Below, piece after piece: positions 46,723 to 60,750 of a DNA stretch of 64,000 bases; position 1 is the first letter of the stretch, and each line of letters starts with the position of its first letter. Below the pieces are notes generated by a model. That model saw only the letters and a list, made by a program, of their open reading frames with translations. It was not told the origin of the DNA and did not search any database. The translations under genes and the position numbers were made by a program. This DNA is from Felis catus. Its lineage: Eukaryota. The stretch is taken from positions 23,438,001 through 23,502,000 of the forward strand of contig NC_058368.1 in assembly GCF_018350175.1 (NCBI RefSeq), given 5' to 3'.

Positions 46723-47046
46723 TAATAAGCCATTTTCTCCTGTATTCATTTGAGGTCCTTTTGTGACCATTAATACTGACACCTTGGGAATTCCTGCTAA
46801 CTGGAGACTTCAACCCTGAGGTAGATTATACCCTACATGTCTAGATAATCATTCAATCAAATGTCCTCCGGCCACCTGAGTTAAAGAGAGCACAGTGCTC
46901 TGTAGTCTCTTAAGCCCAGGCTCTGGGAATTAGCACTAAGCTTATGTGAAGGAGGCCATATCTGCCCTACCAGACAGGCAGCTCTCTCTGAGGGGCTGGA
47001 ACATTTCTTTTGAAAGATGGGCTATTCTCTTTTAAAATGTAAATAC

Positions 47047-47268
47047 TTAAAAAAAATTTTTTTTTAACGTTTATTTATTTTTGAGACAGAGAGAGACAGA
47101 GCATGAACAGGGGAGGGGCAGAGAGAGAGGGAGACACAGAATCTGAAATAGGCTCCAGGCTCTGAGCTGTCAACACAGAGCCCGATGTGGGGCTTGAACT
47201 CATGGACTGCGAGATCATGACCTGAGCCGAAGTCGGATGCTTAACCGACCGAGCCACCCAGGCACCCC
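47047..47268 (-). mobile_element. CanSINE
   Basis: TSD taaaatgtaaatactt. Confidence 0.95.
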
Positions 47269-47718
47269 TAAAATGTAAATACTTTAAGCAGGTTTTCAGA
47301 TTTTTTTTTTTTTTAAAATGACCTTTAAGTCTTCCTTTTACCAGTATTTATTGAGAACCTACTGTGTGCCTGAGGGATAGATTTGGGGATTATAGAGACA
47401 TGATCCTTGCTTTAAAGGGCTCATAGGACATTTCACCTGTAAAGACAAGACAGTATTCCCTCCCACACAGGATGTTCCTAAAAACCTCTGTGGAGAAGTG
47501 TCTGAAGTTTGGGATCCAAACTTTAACTCCTTCAAGAAAGAGCCGTGCATACTGAGATTCTCATGATTGCATAAAAGTGATATAGCCACAACTTTTAGGG
47601 GGGTGGGCAGTGTGGTGGGTCAGCCATGGGTAGTTGGGAGGTGCACATGAAGAGGCACACCAGCTCAGCAGAGGTCAGGGACAACTGCTAAAATGAGGTT
47701 GCATCTGTGCATATAGTC

Positions 47719-47949
47719 TTTTTTTTTTTTTTTTAATTTTTTTTTTCAACGTTTATTTATTTTTGGGACAGAGAGAGACAGAGCATGAACGGGGGAGGGG
47801 CAGAGAGAGAGGGAGACACAGAATCGGAAACAGGCTCCAGGCTCCGAGCCATCAGCCCAGAGCCTGACGCAGGGCTCGAACTCACGGACCGTGAGATCGC
47901 GACCTGGCTGAAGTCGGACGCTTAACCCACTGCGCCACCCAGGCGCCCC
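47719..47949 (-). mobile_element. Young SINEC_Fc-type CanSINE
   Basis: TSD tgcatatagtctt. CpGs retained. Confidence 0.97.
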
Positions 47950-48029
47950 TATGCATATAGTCTTAAAGGGATATTAGGCCTGGGTGGAGAGCTGATGTTT
48001 CTGGAGATGATGTTTCTGTCCCAGCAAGT

Positions 48030-48730
48030 GGTGTATGCAGGGAGAACATTTAGGATTTACTCTCATAGCAACTTTGAAGTATATGATACAGTATCATCAA
48101 TTATAGTAACCACACTATACATTGGATCCTCAGAACTTATTCATCTTATACCTGGAAGTTTATACCTTTTGACCAACATCTCCTTATTTCTCCCCCCCCC
48201 CCCCCCCCCCCCCCCCCGAGTCCCTGACAACCACCACCCTACTGTTTCTCTGAGTTTGGCTTTTTCTCGATTCTACATATAAGTGAGATGATACAGCATT
48301 TGTCTTTGTCTGTCTGACTTATTTCACTTAACATAATGCCCTCAAGGTCCACCCATGTTGTTACAAATGACAGGATTTTCTTCTTTCTCCTGGCTAAATA
48401 ATATCCTATTGTAAATGTTTACCACATCTTCTTTATCCACTCATCAATCACTGGATGCTTAGGTGTTTCCTTGTATTGACTATTGTGAATAATGCTGCAA
48501 TGAACATAGGGGTGCAGATTTCTCTTCAAGATAGTGATTTCATTTTTTTTTCAAATATATACCCAGAAGTAGAATTGCAGAAAAGAAAGTAATTATGTGA
48601 GGTGATGGATGTATTAATTAAGCTTATTGTGGTAGTCATTTTGCAATATATATGTGTTAAATAGTATTGTACACCTTAAACTTATACAATGTTATATGCC
48701 AGCAGTATCTCAATAAAGCTGGAAAGAAAA
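48030..48730. mobile_element. L1MA/MB-like 3' fragments in opposite orientations (- 48030-48580, + 48580-48730)
   Basis: gagaacatttaggatttactctcatagcaacttt... then gtaattatgtgaggtgatggatgtattaatta...tctcaataaagctgg. Confidence 0.7.
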
Positions 48731-49533
48731 GGGTGAATTGTATGTGAATAGGTGAGTTTGTGAAGGTAGATAAATGGCAATATAGGAACTAAGCAGGAGT
48801 CAGATCACACATGCAGTTGCCTGCTATTCTCTTTCTATTAGCTAGTATTCCATTATGAAACAATACTTATTTACAGTAAACAAATCCAAATGATGCAGAA
48901 AGATATAAGGTGAAAAGTAAAAGTTCTTTATCTCCTAGTGCCACTGCCCAGAGGAATCAAAACCTTTAAGATATTCCATGTTTTCTTTCATTTTTCTCTG
49001 TGCGTACCTCCCTGTGCATTCAATCTTTATTTTTACAATTTACACTGTGCCTATTTCTTCAAACTGCTTTTTAAAAACAATTTATTTTTGATATAATTCC
49101 ATTCCATTTCTACCTGACCTAGTTATTGCATCTTACATAAGGAATCATCACAACTTATCAACCAAGTTAAATGATGGACCTTTTGTTGTTTCCCATTATT
49201 ACAATTAATCCTGAAAGCAACTTCCTTACATCTTTGTGCAAATATGTGTATTTGTGAAATAAAATCTTAAAAGTGGGATTGATAGCTGTCTATTGCCATG
49301 TTATTCTTCATAAATTGCACCATTTTTAGCTACACTTGTGGGGAGAATAGCATAGTACACAGAGTTGTTCAATGGCTAGGTTGTATACCTGAAACTCATG
49401 TAACATTATGCTACAACAAAAGAATAAACTTTCTGACAGAATAGGTTCCTATTCAGTTTTAAATAAACATACTCATGTTTGTGAATACAAAAAAAGTTGC
49501 AACACTTCGTATTCACACTAATAAATGTATGTT

Positions 49534-49956
49534 TGTTGAAAGGGGTCAAGAGGATGTGACCGCCTGTTGACCTGTGAGCTACACCTGGGCTATCGGGCTG
49601 CTCACCTGTTCCCCATCCTTGGAATATACCTTCCACTTCCCTGGTTATTCCCACAGCCAGAGCCATTTTCAAGGACGCTTCCTTGAGAAAGCCACATGTT
49701 GTTGAGACCATCTGGGCTAAATTGTGACTGAACTCAGTGCAGGTCTCTATATAAACTTTTAAGATTCTGGAAGGCAGGTGTGGACATCTACTCATTTCCC
49801 AGCTGCCCAAGATAAGCCTGGTAAGTAAGTTCCCTTGCTTATTGAGATGGCCGCCTTCCAGTCTGCAATGGCCTTTCTTCCATCTCTCCTCCTTGCTCTC
49901 TGGGCCAGGAACCAGGTCTCTTTTCACCAGAAAACTCTCAAGGTTGTGAAGCAACA
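49534..49956 (+). mobile_element. Solo LTR (ERV1-like, probably carnivore-lineage)
   Basis: TGTTG...CAACA termini, TSD atgtt/atgtc, TATATAAA at 49748. Confidence 0.8.
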
Positions 49957-52720
49957 ATGTCTGAGAGTGCCAGATACGAGATTTTATTCAACTTGAAAAG
50001 CCTGGAAATTATCATATTTAATATTTCACCATATTGGATATAATTAGACTTTACTGTTGTCTAGCTGATATCTATTTTTCACTTCTCTCCTCTGACTATA
50101 TAATTTACTTAGGTATTGGTAACTTCTTATGTATAAATTGCAAATCCCAGTTAGAATGAAAAGAAAGAAAATCTCATAGGTACTAATTAATAGCTTTCCC
50201 TTATTTGACCATTTAATTTCACTCCTACGTGTACTTCCTCCAGGACATTTCTACAGCTTCTGAAATGTGTTTTCTTTTTCTGCCTTAAGTAATGACTATT
50301 TTAAATTATTGTACATACTAAGTTTTTTCTTAGCCCATCCTTGCTGCTCTCTCTGGGTACTTAACCCTCCTTATTATTTCCTAGTTTTTCAAGGGTAATG
50401 TGGCACCTCAATTTCTGCTTATGTTGTAGTCAGGGAAGTAGAAAATAAGCAAAAAAGAATTCATATAATTTCAGATGGAGATAAGTCATGGAAAAACGAA
50501 GCAAGGGCAGATTACAGAGTGTTTGAATTAGAGAAGGGAGTGGAAGCCGATGTTCACAAATGAAGGTGAAGCAAGACCTCCTAGAAAAAGTGACTTTTGG
50601 GCAGACCCCAAATGGTAAGTGAGAATAAGGCAGGAGGTGAACCAGGCAGATGGAAGAATGTGCAAATGCCCTGGGGTGGGAAGGAGCTTAGCATGTTTGA
50701 GTAGCAAGAAGCCAGCTTGGCAGGTGAGGGATGAACAAGGAAAAGGAAGGGAAGGCCATTAGGAGGAGTTTGGACTTGACTGGTTGGAAGGGAGACCGTT
50801 GGAAGGTGTTAAACTAGGGAAAGACATGATCTGATTTATGTTTTTAAAAGGCCATTCTGGAGATACGTGCTCTACTGCCTCTTCCCCCGACTCTCCAACC
50901 CTCTTAGTCTCCAGCCCTCATAGTCTCAAGATCTTCTCCCTTTGTAAAAATAGCCCTCTTTTTTTTTTTTTAAACCACTTGGCATTGTGAAGTTACCAAA
51001 TAGAACAAAGCAAGGATTAAACTGCTTTATGTGTGGCTTTATATGTGGCCCTTGATCTCTCCTCTGAGTCCTTCAATTCATTTCATCAGAAATAGTTCAA
51101 TTATATCAAGTCATTGGGTGCTAGCTGCAGGATCTGGAGATAGATCTGTCAAAAGATTAGATGCCATTTAAAAACAATCATTGTTGTCTTATAACACGTC
51201 CAAGTACAGATCTGGGTTGCTTTAGGTGCATCCTTTAACTTATTTAACTTGTTAGAGTTGCCTGAAATGTTCCATTCCCATGGAAGTTTAAAAGGAAAGC
51301 AATTTAACATAAATCCTTTCCTTTTTCCTCTGTCTCTAATTTTTATTAAAGTTCTCTTTGTGTAAAAACATTGCCTATAAAAGTCAACTTGAATGTGAAT
51401 TACAATTAGAGATACAGCCTCTGAGGTTGCCAAAAGAGGTTCTTCACAGATCCATTAACATTTCCCCAGTTCTCTGTTGGATGATGTAGATTCAGCTCCA
51501 GGACAGCTTTTGGCTACTTCTCCATTTAGCCTCGGCACGTTGGCTGATGTCTATCAAGCTAATTGCTGGCTAATTCTACAATAGATGCGTCCCAGGTGTT
51601 TTCTGCCATCTCTTGAAGCTTGTACTCTGTTTCCTTCTGCACTTGGACTCCTACTTACATCTTCACTGACTTGCATAATGCATAAGTATCTAATCTCTCA
51701 GAAAGCTAAGACTCTCCTTGTTGTAAGCCCTGGATTAAAAAAATCCTTGCTGACTACCGTGAGTAGTTTAGGAATTCTGATTAACAGCAAAAATCAAGTC
51801 TGAATGACTTGATTATTTGAAACTCAAATCTGGGACTGTGACACACAATAGCCAAACCATACAGTGCAAACAGAAAGGGAGTTGGCTGGGGTAGGTGGTG
51901 GGGAGTATTGGGGGGTGGTAGTGAAAGGAAGGTGTCAAAGAGGAGTGATAGGCAGTGCCCACACAACTGTGGTGTCTGCTGTCTCATGTACTACTTGCTA
52001 ATACAACAGCAGTGAGTGGACCTACAGCTTTAAGAGGATGCCAGCTATCCCTCCATGTTGCTTTTACTCTAGAAGCTAAAAGTTTGGAATCTGATGTTTT
52101 CTAGAACCTCAGATGATAGACTCTTTGGCATCCTGGGTGGAATTTTTGTTATCAGTCTTTGAAGCCACAGCTTTTATCTATGATCTGTTACGGAAAGTTT
52201 GTTTGAGTAGTACCTTCCTAAAGACACCCATCCTGAACCACTGTGTTTAAAATTGCAACACTCCAGACTCCCTATACCTTGTTGTTATTTCCTTTTTCCT
52301 GCATCTGTCACCTTCTAATATACTATGCTGACTATTTATTCTGTTCATAGTCTTTTTCTTTTTCCCCTGCTAGAATATAAGCCTCAAGACTACAGGGATA
52401 TTTGTTTTAGTGATTCACATATCCCAAGCACTTATTTAGAACAATGCCTGGAACACAGTAGGTGCTTAATAAGTATTCCTTGAGTGAATGAATGATGTCT
52501 CAAAATAATAATAGGTAGTAAATATCAGCTCAAGATTCTTTCTTATTTTGGGGATCTGATTAATTCAGCTGTTCAACCAATCTTCATTTGTGAACACTTG
52601 CATAATGTAATGTACTGTATCTACATCTATCATAACTTTTAGTATAATTTCCTTACCTACCATGTATATTTCAGTCTTAGGCTCAGACTATCAAAAGCCA
52701 TTAAACTAGCTATTACCTTC

Positions 52721-52936
52721 TTTTTTTTTTTTTCAACGTTTATGTATTTTTGGGACAGAGAGAGACAGAGCATGAACGGGCGAGGGGCAGAGAGAGAGGG
52801 AGGCACAGAATCGGAAACAGGCTCCAGGCTCTGAGCCATCAGCCCAGAGCCTGACGCGGGGCTCGAATTCACGGACCGCGAGATCGTGACCTGGCTGAAG
52901 TCAGACGCTTAACCGACTGCGCCACCCAGGCGCCCC
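52721..52936 (-). mobile_element. Young SINEC_Fc-type CanSINE
   Basis: Perfect 14-bp TSD gctattaccttctt (52709-52722, 52937-52950). Confidence 0.97.
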
Positions 52937-53073
52937 GCTATTACCTTCTTGATAGACAAATTGATCTAATATAGTGTGATCCCTACAATTAAGTATATAA
53001 TATCTTAAGATCTTTTCATTATATACCACTTTTACTTTTATGTGAACATCCCCTCTCCTTCAATTTATCATAG

Positions 53074-53726
53074 TGTCTCTGGTGGGAGAGTCTGCCCTGT
53101 GTGAATGGAGGTCTCAGCCCTTGAATTCCCCCGCGAAAACATTTATGTGACTATCCATGCTGGAGTAAGACAGCCAGAAGGAAAGTAGTAAGCACAAAGG
53201 AGTTTATTAAAGCAAAAGTACACTCTCAAGGTGGGAGAGGGGCAGGGTGCTTGAGGTGGCTCCAGGGTTGTTTTGGTATTGGATATTTTTTGCACCTCTT
53301 CGAGCTTGGAGGAGCTGTGGCTACAGTGGGGTGGTCTCTACTGGAGGCTGATTCTAATAATTTGGGGCAAGTCCTTTAACAGGTTGGGGAGTTTTTGACC
53401 CTTTACAAGGTTGTACCAGAACCATCATGGAAACCTTTCTCTATCAGGTGGGGCTGTCCCGCTGTGCAAATGCATTACAATGAGTCTAGGGGTTACCCTG
53501 GGGCAGAGGTGGAAGAGGAAAGCTCATGCTCCGCACCTGGGGCTCTTGATCTTTCAGCCCCAAGGTCTTGGAAGCCCCTGGGTCAGGATGTTGTGCCCCA
53601 GGCTTCTAATGTACCTTATTTCTTACCATCCTTGCCCCCGTTTATGTCTCTATCATTCCCCTTTAAGGATTTGGGACTCTGCCTCCCGCATTCCTTCCAC
53701 TGCTGACATCTAGTTTCTACCTAACA
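53074..53726 (-). mobile_element. Solo LTR (ERV1-like)
   Basis: TG...CA ends (tgtctctgg...ctacctaaca), minus-strand AATAAA near 53203, and a GC-richer block than the flanks. Confidence 0.6.
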
Positions 53727-53899
53727 TCAGCTAAGTACTTGATTACTAACTATAAAGTGCCATCGGAATTTCAGTCTTATGGTGCTTGTAATGATTTTAA
53801 AATGTAATTGGATAATAGTTTTGTTATTGGTGGTGATAGCACCTCGGGATTTATTCTCATGAGATGTAAGTTGCACACTGGCCTGCTGCAAATGTTTCC

Positions 53900-54350
53900 T
53901 GCTAGCTGTGCTCCCTGCCTCCAGGTCTTTCCCCCTTGACTCTATCCTCTACAACTGCATCAGACTGTCTTCCCTAAAGCCCAGCTGTGACCATCCACGC
54001 TAATCTCAGAAACTTTCAATAGTCCCCCGTGTCTATGCAATTAAGCCCCAATCTTTAGCATCTTACTGAAAGTTCTCTTTAATGACCTCAAATCACCTTC
54101 ACAGGCTTACTTCACTGTCTATTTTCATATTCCTACATAATCAGGAGAGTCATTGCTTCCCCTTGTGCTCTAGGCATTGTGATTCCTGAACTTGTCTCAT
54201 GCTGATTCCTCTGACCAGGAATGCCCCACAGCCTGGGTTCTGTCAAATTCTTGTCATCTTTTAGACCTCGGTGAAAGGCCACCTCCTTTATGGAATTTTT
54301 TTAAATTCCCATAATTGGTTGTGCTCCTCCTCTCTTTGAAGTACTGTAAC
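53900..54350 (+). mobile_element. L2 fragment
   Basis: tcttccctaaagcccagctgtgaccat...aaactttcaatagtcccc...gctgattcctctgaccaggaatgcc. Confidence 0.6.
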
Positions 54351-54419
54351 TTAAAAAAAAATCACGATGTATAGATTCTAGTTCTTTTTTAAAACTTTCT
54401 TTTGTTGTGGTAAGAACTT

Positions 54420-57400
54420 TCTTTTTCCAGTTTCACCAAGGAATAAAATTGACAAATAAAATTGTAATATATTTGAAGTATACAGTGTGATGACTTGATA
54501 TACATATGTATTTTGAAAAGATTCCCACATATAAGAGATACCATGCAGTATTTGTCTTTCTCCATCGGGTTATTTTACTTTGTGTAATACCTTCTAGATT
54601 CATCCATTTGTCACGCATGGCAGGATTTCCTTCTTTTTAAAGATCAAATAATATTTTATTGTGTATATATGCCACATTTTCTTTATTCATTCATCTGTTG
54701 ACAGACATTTAGGTTGTTTCCATACCTTTGCTGTTGTGAATAATGTTGCGAAGAGCATGAACATGGGAGGGCAGGAATCTCTCTGAGCTCCTGATTTCAA
54801 TTTCTTTAGTTATGTATATCCCAAAAGTAGGATTGCTAGATCATATGGTAGCACTATTTTTAATTTCTTGAGGACATTTCATAATGTTGTTCATAATGAT
54901 TGTACACTTTACATTCCCACCAACAGTATAGAAGAATTCCCTTTTCTTCACATCCTTACCAGCACTGGTTATCTCTTGTCATTTTGATAATAGCCTTTCC
55001 AGTGGGTATGAAATAATATCTCATTGTGGTTTCAGTTTGCATTTTCCTGATGATTAATGATTTTGAGCATCTTTCCATTTACCCATTGGCCACTTTTATT
55101 TCTTTTTGGGAAAATATTTATTCGGGTCTTTTGCCCATGTTAAAACTCTTTGCTATTGTGTTATAGGAGTTTCGTGTATATTTTGGATATTAGATATGTC
55201 GTTTGCAAATATTTTCTTTCATTCTGTGGGTTGGCTTTTCATTTTGCTGATGGTTTCCTTTGCTACACAGAAGATTTTTTATTTGATGTAGCCCCCTTGT
55301 TTATTTTTGCTTTTGGTTTCGTTTTTGATGTTAAATCCAAAACTTATTGCTCAGACCAATGTCAAGGAGCTCATCCCCTATGTTTTCTTGTAGGAGTTTT
55401 ATAGTTTCAGGTCTTATTTTCAAGTCTTTAATTCATTTTTGTGTATGGTATAAGATAGTGGTGCAGTTTATTTCTTTTGCATGTGGATGTACAATTTTCT
55501 GAGCATCATTTATTGAAGAGGCTGCTCTTTCCCCAGTGTATTTTCTTGGATACTTTGTCCAAAATTAATTGACCATATAAAGCATGAGTTTGTCATGGAT
55601 TCTTGGTTCTCTTCCACTGATTTATGTGTCTGTTTGTATGCCCATCTATATTGTTTGGATTACAATAGTTTTGTAATATAGTTTGAAATCAGGAAGTGTG
55701 ATGTCTCAGGCTTTGTTTCCTTTCTTAAGATTGTTTTGGCCATTTTGGGTCCTAGTGATTCCAGATTTTAGGATATTTTTCTACTCTATGAAAAATACAT
55801 GGAATTTTGACAAGGGATTGCTTTGAATCTGTAGATTACTTGTGTAGTATGGGCAGTTTTACAGCATTACTTCTTCTAATCCATGAAAACAGAACATCTT
55901 TCCATTTATTTATATCTTCAATTTTTTAATCAATATTTTATACTTTTCAGTGTACAGAACTTTCCATTCCTTGGTTAAGTATTTTATTCTTTTTGATGTT
56001 ACTATAAATGGGATTGTTTTCTTAATTTTTCTTTTTGATAGCTTATTGTTAGTATTTAGAAATATACCTGAACTTTGTATATTGATTTAGTTTCCTGCAG
56101 CTTTATAAAATTCATTTATTTGTTCTAACAGTGTTTTTGGTGGAATCTTTAGATTTTCTGTGTATTAGATGATGCCATCTGTAATTTCTTTCTTTTCTGA
56201 TTTGGATGCCCTTTCTTTCCTTTTTTTCCCCCCTAATTGCTATGGCTACCAATGTCAATTGCTATGCTATGTTCAGTGGAAGTTGTGAGAGTGGGCATTC
56301 TTGTTTTGTCCCTGTTCTTAGAGGAAGAACTTTTAGGTTTTTACCATTGAAAAGCTTACCATGATGTTAAGAGTGGGCTGGAAATATATAAATTTTATTA
56401 TTTTGAAATACATTCCTTCTATTACCAATTTGTTGAGAATTTTTATCATAAAAAGGATGTTGATTTCTTTCAAATGCTTTTTCTTCATGTATTGAGATGA
56501 TCATATGATTTTTATCCTTCATTTTGTTAATGTGGTGTCTCACATTGATTAATTTGCATATGTTGAAGTATCCTTGTACCTTAAGAGTAAATCCCACTTG
56601 ATCATGATGTATGATCTTTTTAATGTATTGTTGAATTCAGTTTGCTTATATATATATATTTTAAATGTTTATGTATTTTTGAGAGAGACAGCATGAGCAG
56701 GGAATGGGCAGAGAGAAAGAGGGACAGAGAGAATCCCAACAGGATCCACACTGTCAGCGCAGAGGCTGATACGAGGCCCAAACATATGAATCATGAGATC
56801 GTGACCCAAGGTGAAACCAAGAGTTGAACGCTTAACTGACTGAGCCACCCAGGCACCCCAGTTTGCTTATATTTTGTTTAGGAGTTTTGCCTCTGTAGTT
56901 TTTTCTTTCTTCTAGTGTCCTTGTCTGATTTTGGAATCAGGGTAAAGCTGGTCTCTTAAAATAGTTTGGAAGTTTTCTCTTTTCAGTTTTTTTTTAAAGA
57001 GTTAGAGAAGGACTGGTATTCTCCTTTAAATGTTTGGTAGAATTCATCAGTGAAGCCTCTGGTCCTGGTGAGGATACAACATCTTTTGTTTATTGGTAAG
57101 GTTTTGATTAGTGGTTCAATCTCCTTAATTATAATTGGTCTATCCCATTTTTCTATTTCTTCATGATTCAGTTTTGGTCGGTTGTATGTTTCTAGGAATT
57201 TCTGGTTTCTTCTAGGTTGTCTAATTTGTTGGCATATAATTGCATATAGTAATTTCTTATGATCCTTAGTATTTCTGTGTTAACCATTGTGATGTCACCT
57301 CTTTCATTTCCAGTTTTGGTCTTCTCTCTCTGTTTTTTTTTTCTAGTTTTTATAGAGAAAATTTTTCTTACTTAAAAAATATTCGCTCAATATTAGAAAT

Positions 57401-57690
57401 TGATCTTTTCTATTTTTTTCTAGTCTATTTTATTTATATTTGCTCTGCTTTGTTATTTTCTGCCTTCTATTAACATTCTTCTAGTTTTTCTAGTTTCTTG
57501 AAGTGTAATATCAGGTTGTTGATTTGAGATCTTTCTTTTTTCGTAATGTAGGTGCTTATTGCCATAAACTTCCCTGGTAGAACTGCTTTCAGTGCATTCC
57601 ATTAGTTTTGGTTTGTTGTGTTTCCATTTTCATTTGTCTCAAGATTTTTTGGATTCCATTTTGATTTTTTCTCTGGCCCATTGGTCTGGC
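54420..57690 (-). mobile_element. 5'-truncated older L1 (L1MA/L1_Carn-like), decayed ORF2 plus 3'UTR
   Basis: ORF fragments [29 protein letters not shown] and MNLEGITQSKIT; 3'UTR at 54420-54540. Confidence 0.88.
56655..56859 (-). mobile_element. CanSINE inside L1
   Basis: TSD cagtttgcttatat. Confidence 0.93.
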
Positions 57691-58719
57691 CTGGCAGCTA
57701 ATATTTGTTCTCAGCCACATTTTACCTTTTACCATGCTTGGAGGAGATAGGGCTATCAAGTTTTCTTATTCTCTACAAACTTCGTGTTCTTGTCACCTAC
57801 TTTTTGACATTTCTGTGATCTAGGCAGCTAGAATATAAGTTTTCTTGACCCCTTGCAGACTGCAATCTCATCTCAATCAGAATTGTCAAGTGGGTTGCTG
57901 AAAGCCACTCTTTAGCCTGATTGGAGAATAGAGCCCTACCTGGCTGCAGACAACTCTTTGCTGGGTATTTCCCAAACCTAGGACATTTCCTGCTTGAGTA
58001 CATGGCTGAATCACAGAATATGTTCAGTCTGACCTCAGCATCTTTCACTTGTATGAAGCTGGAACCAATTATCAGAAAGAAATATTCTCTATTGAGTTTA
58101 GGAATTTTCAATTACTGAAGTTTCCTTTTAGAACAGAAATGTACTTTTTATTGTGCCAGACTACATGATTTTTTTTTTTATCTTTGAATGAACACATGGT
58201 TATTTTTTTTTTTTTTGAAGCCTGACTCTTGGAAAGCAGTCTTATACTAATATTTATTTAAACATGGCCGACTATGGGTCAGAAAATCTAAGAGGTAATT
58301 TGAAATGCACTTTGGAGTATGTTATATTCAAATCTTCCAGGAGATCAGTATGTTTCACTAAACTAGATACACAAAATTTTATATATTCCTTAATATATGA
58401 ACGATGATTTTTACCAATAACATTTATAGTATTGTGGAGCTAACTCATCAAAGATAATTCTCTACAAGTGCTGCCAAAAATCAGAGCTGATCTTGGCATG
58501 AATCCAATGTTTCTGGGTCTGAAGTCTTAGGTCTCCAGGCATGGGGAATTTGGCCTTCTATCATCAAGACAACAAGAGAATTTCCTACATTTTGCCTAAA
58601 ATGAAACTCAACCAATTTTTCTCCCATTTAGCACTTTAGTTACTTACCTCTAGTTATTTTTCACTGATAGGAAAGAAACTACTTTTATCAAAGAACATAG
58701 AAATGCAATTCATTTCTTT

Positions 58720-58920
58720 CTTTTTTAATGTTTATTTATTTTTGAGAGAGAGAGAGAGAGAGAGGAGGGGAGGGGCAGAGAGAGAGGGAGACAGAAGATC
58801 TGAAGTGGGCTTTTTGCACTGACACCAGAAAGCCCCATGTGGGGCTCGATCTCATAAACTGCACGATCAAGACTTGAGTCAAAATCAGAAGCTTAACCAA
58901 CTGAGCCACCTAGGTGCCCC
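58720..58920 (-). mobile_element. CanSINE
   Basis: TSD caattcatttctt / cagttcatttctt. Confidence 0.93.
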
Positions 58921-59514
58921 TCAGTTCATTTCTTGAATGCCTGTTTTTGCGGGTACAGTGTGTCACGGGAATTTTTAAAATGAGTAAACTGTGGTCTCTG
59001 CTCTTTAAGGAATGGCAATTCAGTAGTAGGGACAGGTAAGGCATAAATAGCTAGAATACAAGGTAGCTCTAATCAGTGCTATAATTAGGATGTGCAAATA
59101 CCAGAGTATGAGAGATTAATGGTTTTAGATTACGAAAGACTTCCTTCTCCTATTTTCTTCTAGAAACTTCCTTAGGCTAACACTTCTGGCCTCTCTCCCC
59201 ACTAAGTGAGGAGAAGTGATGTTCAGATCTACTCTCCAATCTATCAGTTTCAGTGGTAGAGGCCTCTGACCTTGTAAGCAAAGACTGTTTGTCTATGTTT
59301 GCCTTAGTGAGAAGCTTAATTCTGGCATTTAATAGGCCTCTTTGCCTTTTGTACCTTGCTCTTCAACAATGGTAATAAATTAATGATAATATTGCCAGAG
59401 ATCAGAATGTGTGGTATAAAAACACATATAAACACTTTTATCAAAACAATTTAATTGTAGAGATATGCTAAGTTACTTCTCATTTTATTGATCAGTTACT
59501 TGAAAAATTCTGCA

Positions 59515-59915
59515 CTGTTAGCTTTTTGCTGATGCAATGTAGTATAATGAATAATTCCAAAATTTAGTGGCTTATGATAACAAATATTGATTCACTGCTT
59601 ATAAGTCTAATGGTGGGCTGGCCATGGCTCTCCTGGGCTTTGCTAAGCTTGATGTGTCTTTCATTCTGGGATCTTCTTTGGCGTGAGTTATTCTCATGGT
59701 GGAGGACAGGAATGCAAAAGGGGCAAACTGAAGCTTGTAATACCTCTTACAGTCTCTGCTAACAGCTGGCATATTGTCATCTCTGTTCACACTTGATTGG
59801 TTAAGGCAAGTCAAATGACCAACTCCAAAGCCAATGGGGCAAGGACATCTACTGTATTCACAGTGAACCATGACAAAGATGAGGACAGAATAAAGGGTTG
59901 TGATATAATTTCCCA
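59515..59915 (-). mobile_element. MLT1 solo LTR
   Basis: gttagctttttgctg...caaaatttagtggctta...ttggttaaggcaagtcaaatgaccaactccaaagccaatgggg. Confidence 0.7.
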
Positions 59916-60239
59916 TATGTACTTCTGGGTTTCAGTTAGTTTCTTGTATATAGAATCTTTAGCTACTTCATGCTATTTGCATCATCTAACTTATTTATTC
60001 CATCTGTCTTTGATAAAACTCTGAAGACATTCACAATTCTTTAGTCTCCTGCCATAGAGGATCATTTGGGTGAATATTTTAATGTAAGTTAGTAAATATT
60101 ACTAAATATTTAATGTGAATTATTTTAATATTCATAAAACTTTGGAAGAGCCTGTGAGGTTGGACAAATTCTTTACTACCAGAAAATATTTATTTCTTAA
60201 TATTCTTAGATGAACTGGGGTCATAATTACTGTTCTGTT

Positions 60240-60750
60240 TGTGGTGGGCAGACTATAGGGTGCCTCCATGATCCCTGCTTCCTGGTTCTCTGATTCTTGT
60301 GGTCTCCTTTTCTTGAGTGTCAGTAGAGCTGTGACTTGCTTGTAACAAATAGAATATGACAAATGTGATAAGACATATGTGATTATATGTAAGTGATTAT
60401 ATAATATTGTAAACCCTGTCCTGCAAGGATATTCTTTCCTGCTGGCTTTGAGGAAAGGTATGACTATGTTGGGAAGGCAGAGATCTGAGAGTGGCTTCCA
60501 GCCAATGGTTAGCAAGAAAGTGAGGTTCTCAGTCCAACAACTTAATAAAACCAAATGCTGGTAACAACTATGTGGGCTTGGGAATCGATCCTTTCAGTTG
60601 GGACTCAGATTAGACTGCAGCCCTCACTGATATTTAGATTGGAACCTTGTGAAATCATGAGTCACAGGACCCAACTAGGCCCATACTCTTGGTCCATAGA
60701 AACTGAGATAATAAGTGTGTATATTTCATGTATTGTTAAACATTATTAGA
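60240..60750 (+). mobile_element. MLT1 (E/F-like) solo LTR
   Basis: tgtggtgggcagactatagggtgcctccatgatccctg...gctggctttgagga...ccatagaaactgagataataag. Confidence 0.75.

Noticed and set aside
49406..49957. Longest ORF in the track (183 aa, minus)
   Set aside because: It is the antisense reading of a solo LTR, with a non-ATG start and no recognisable domain.
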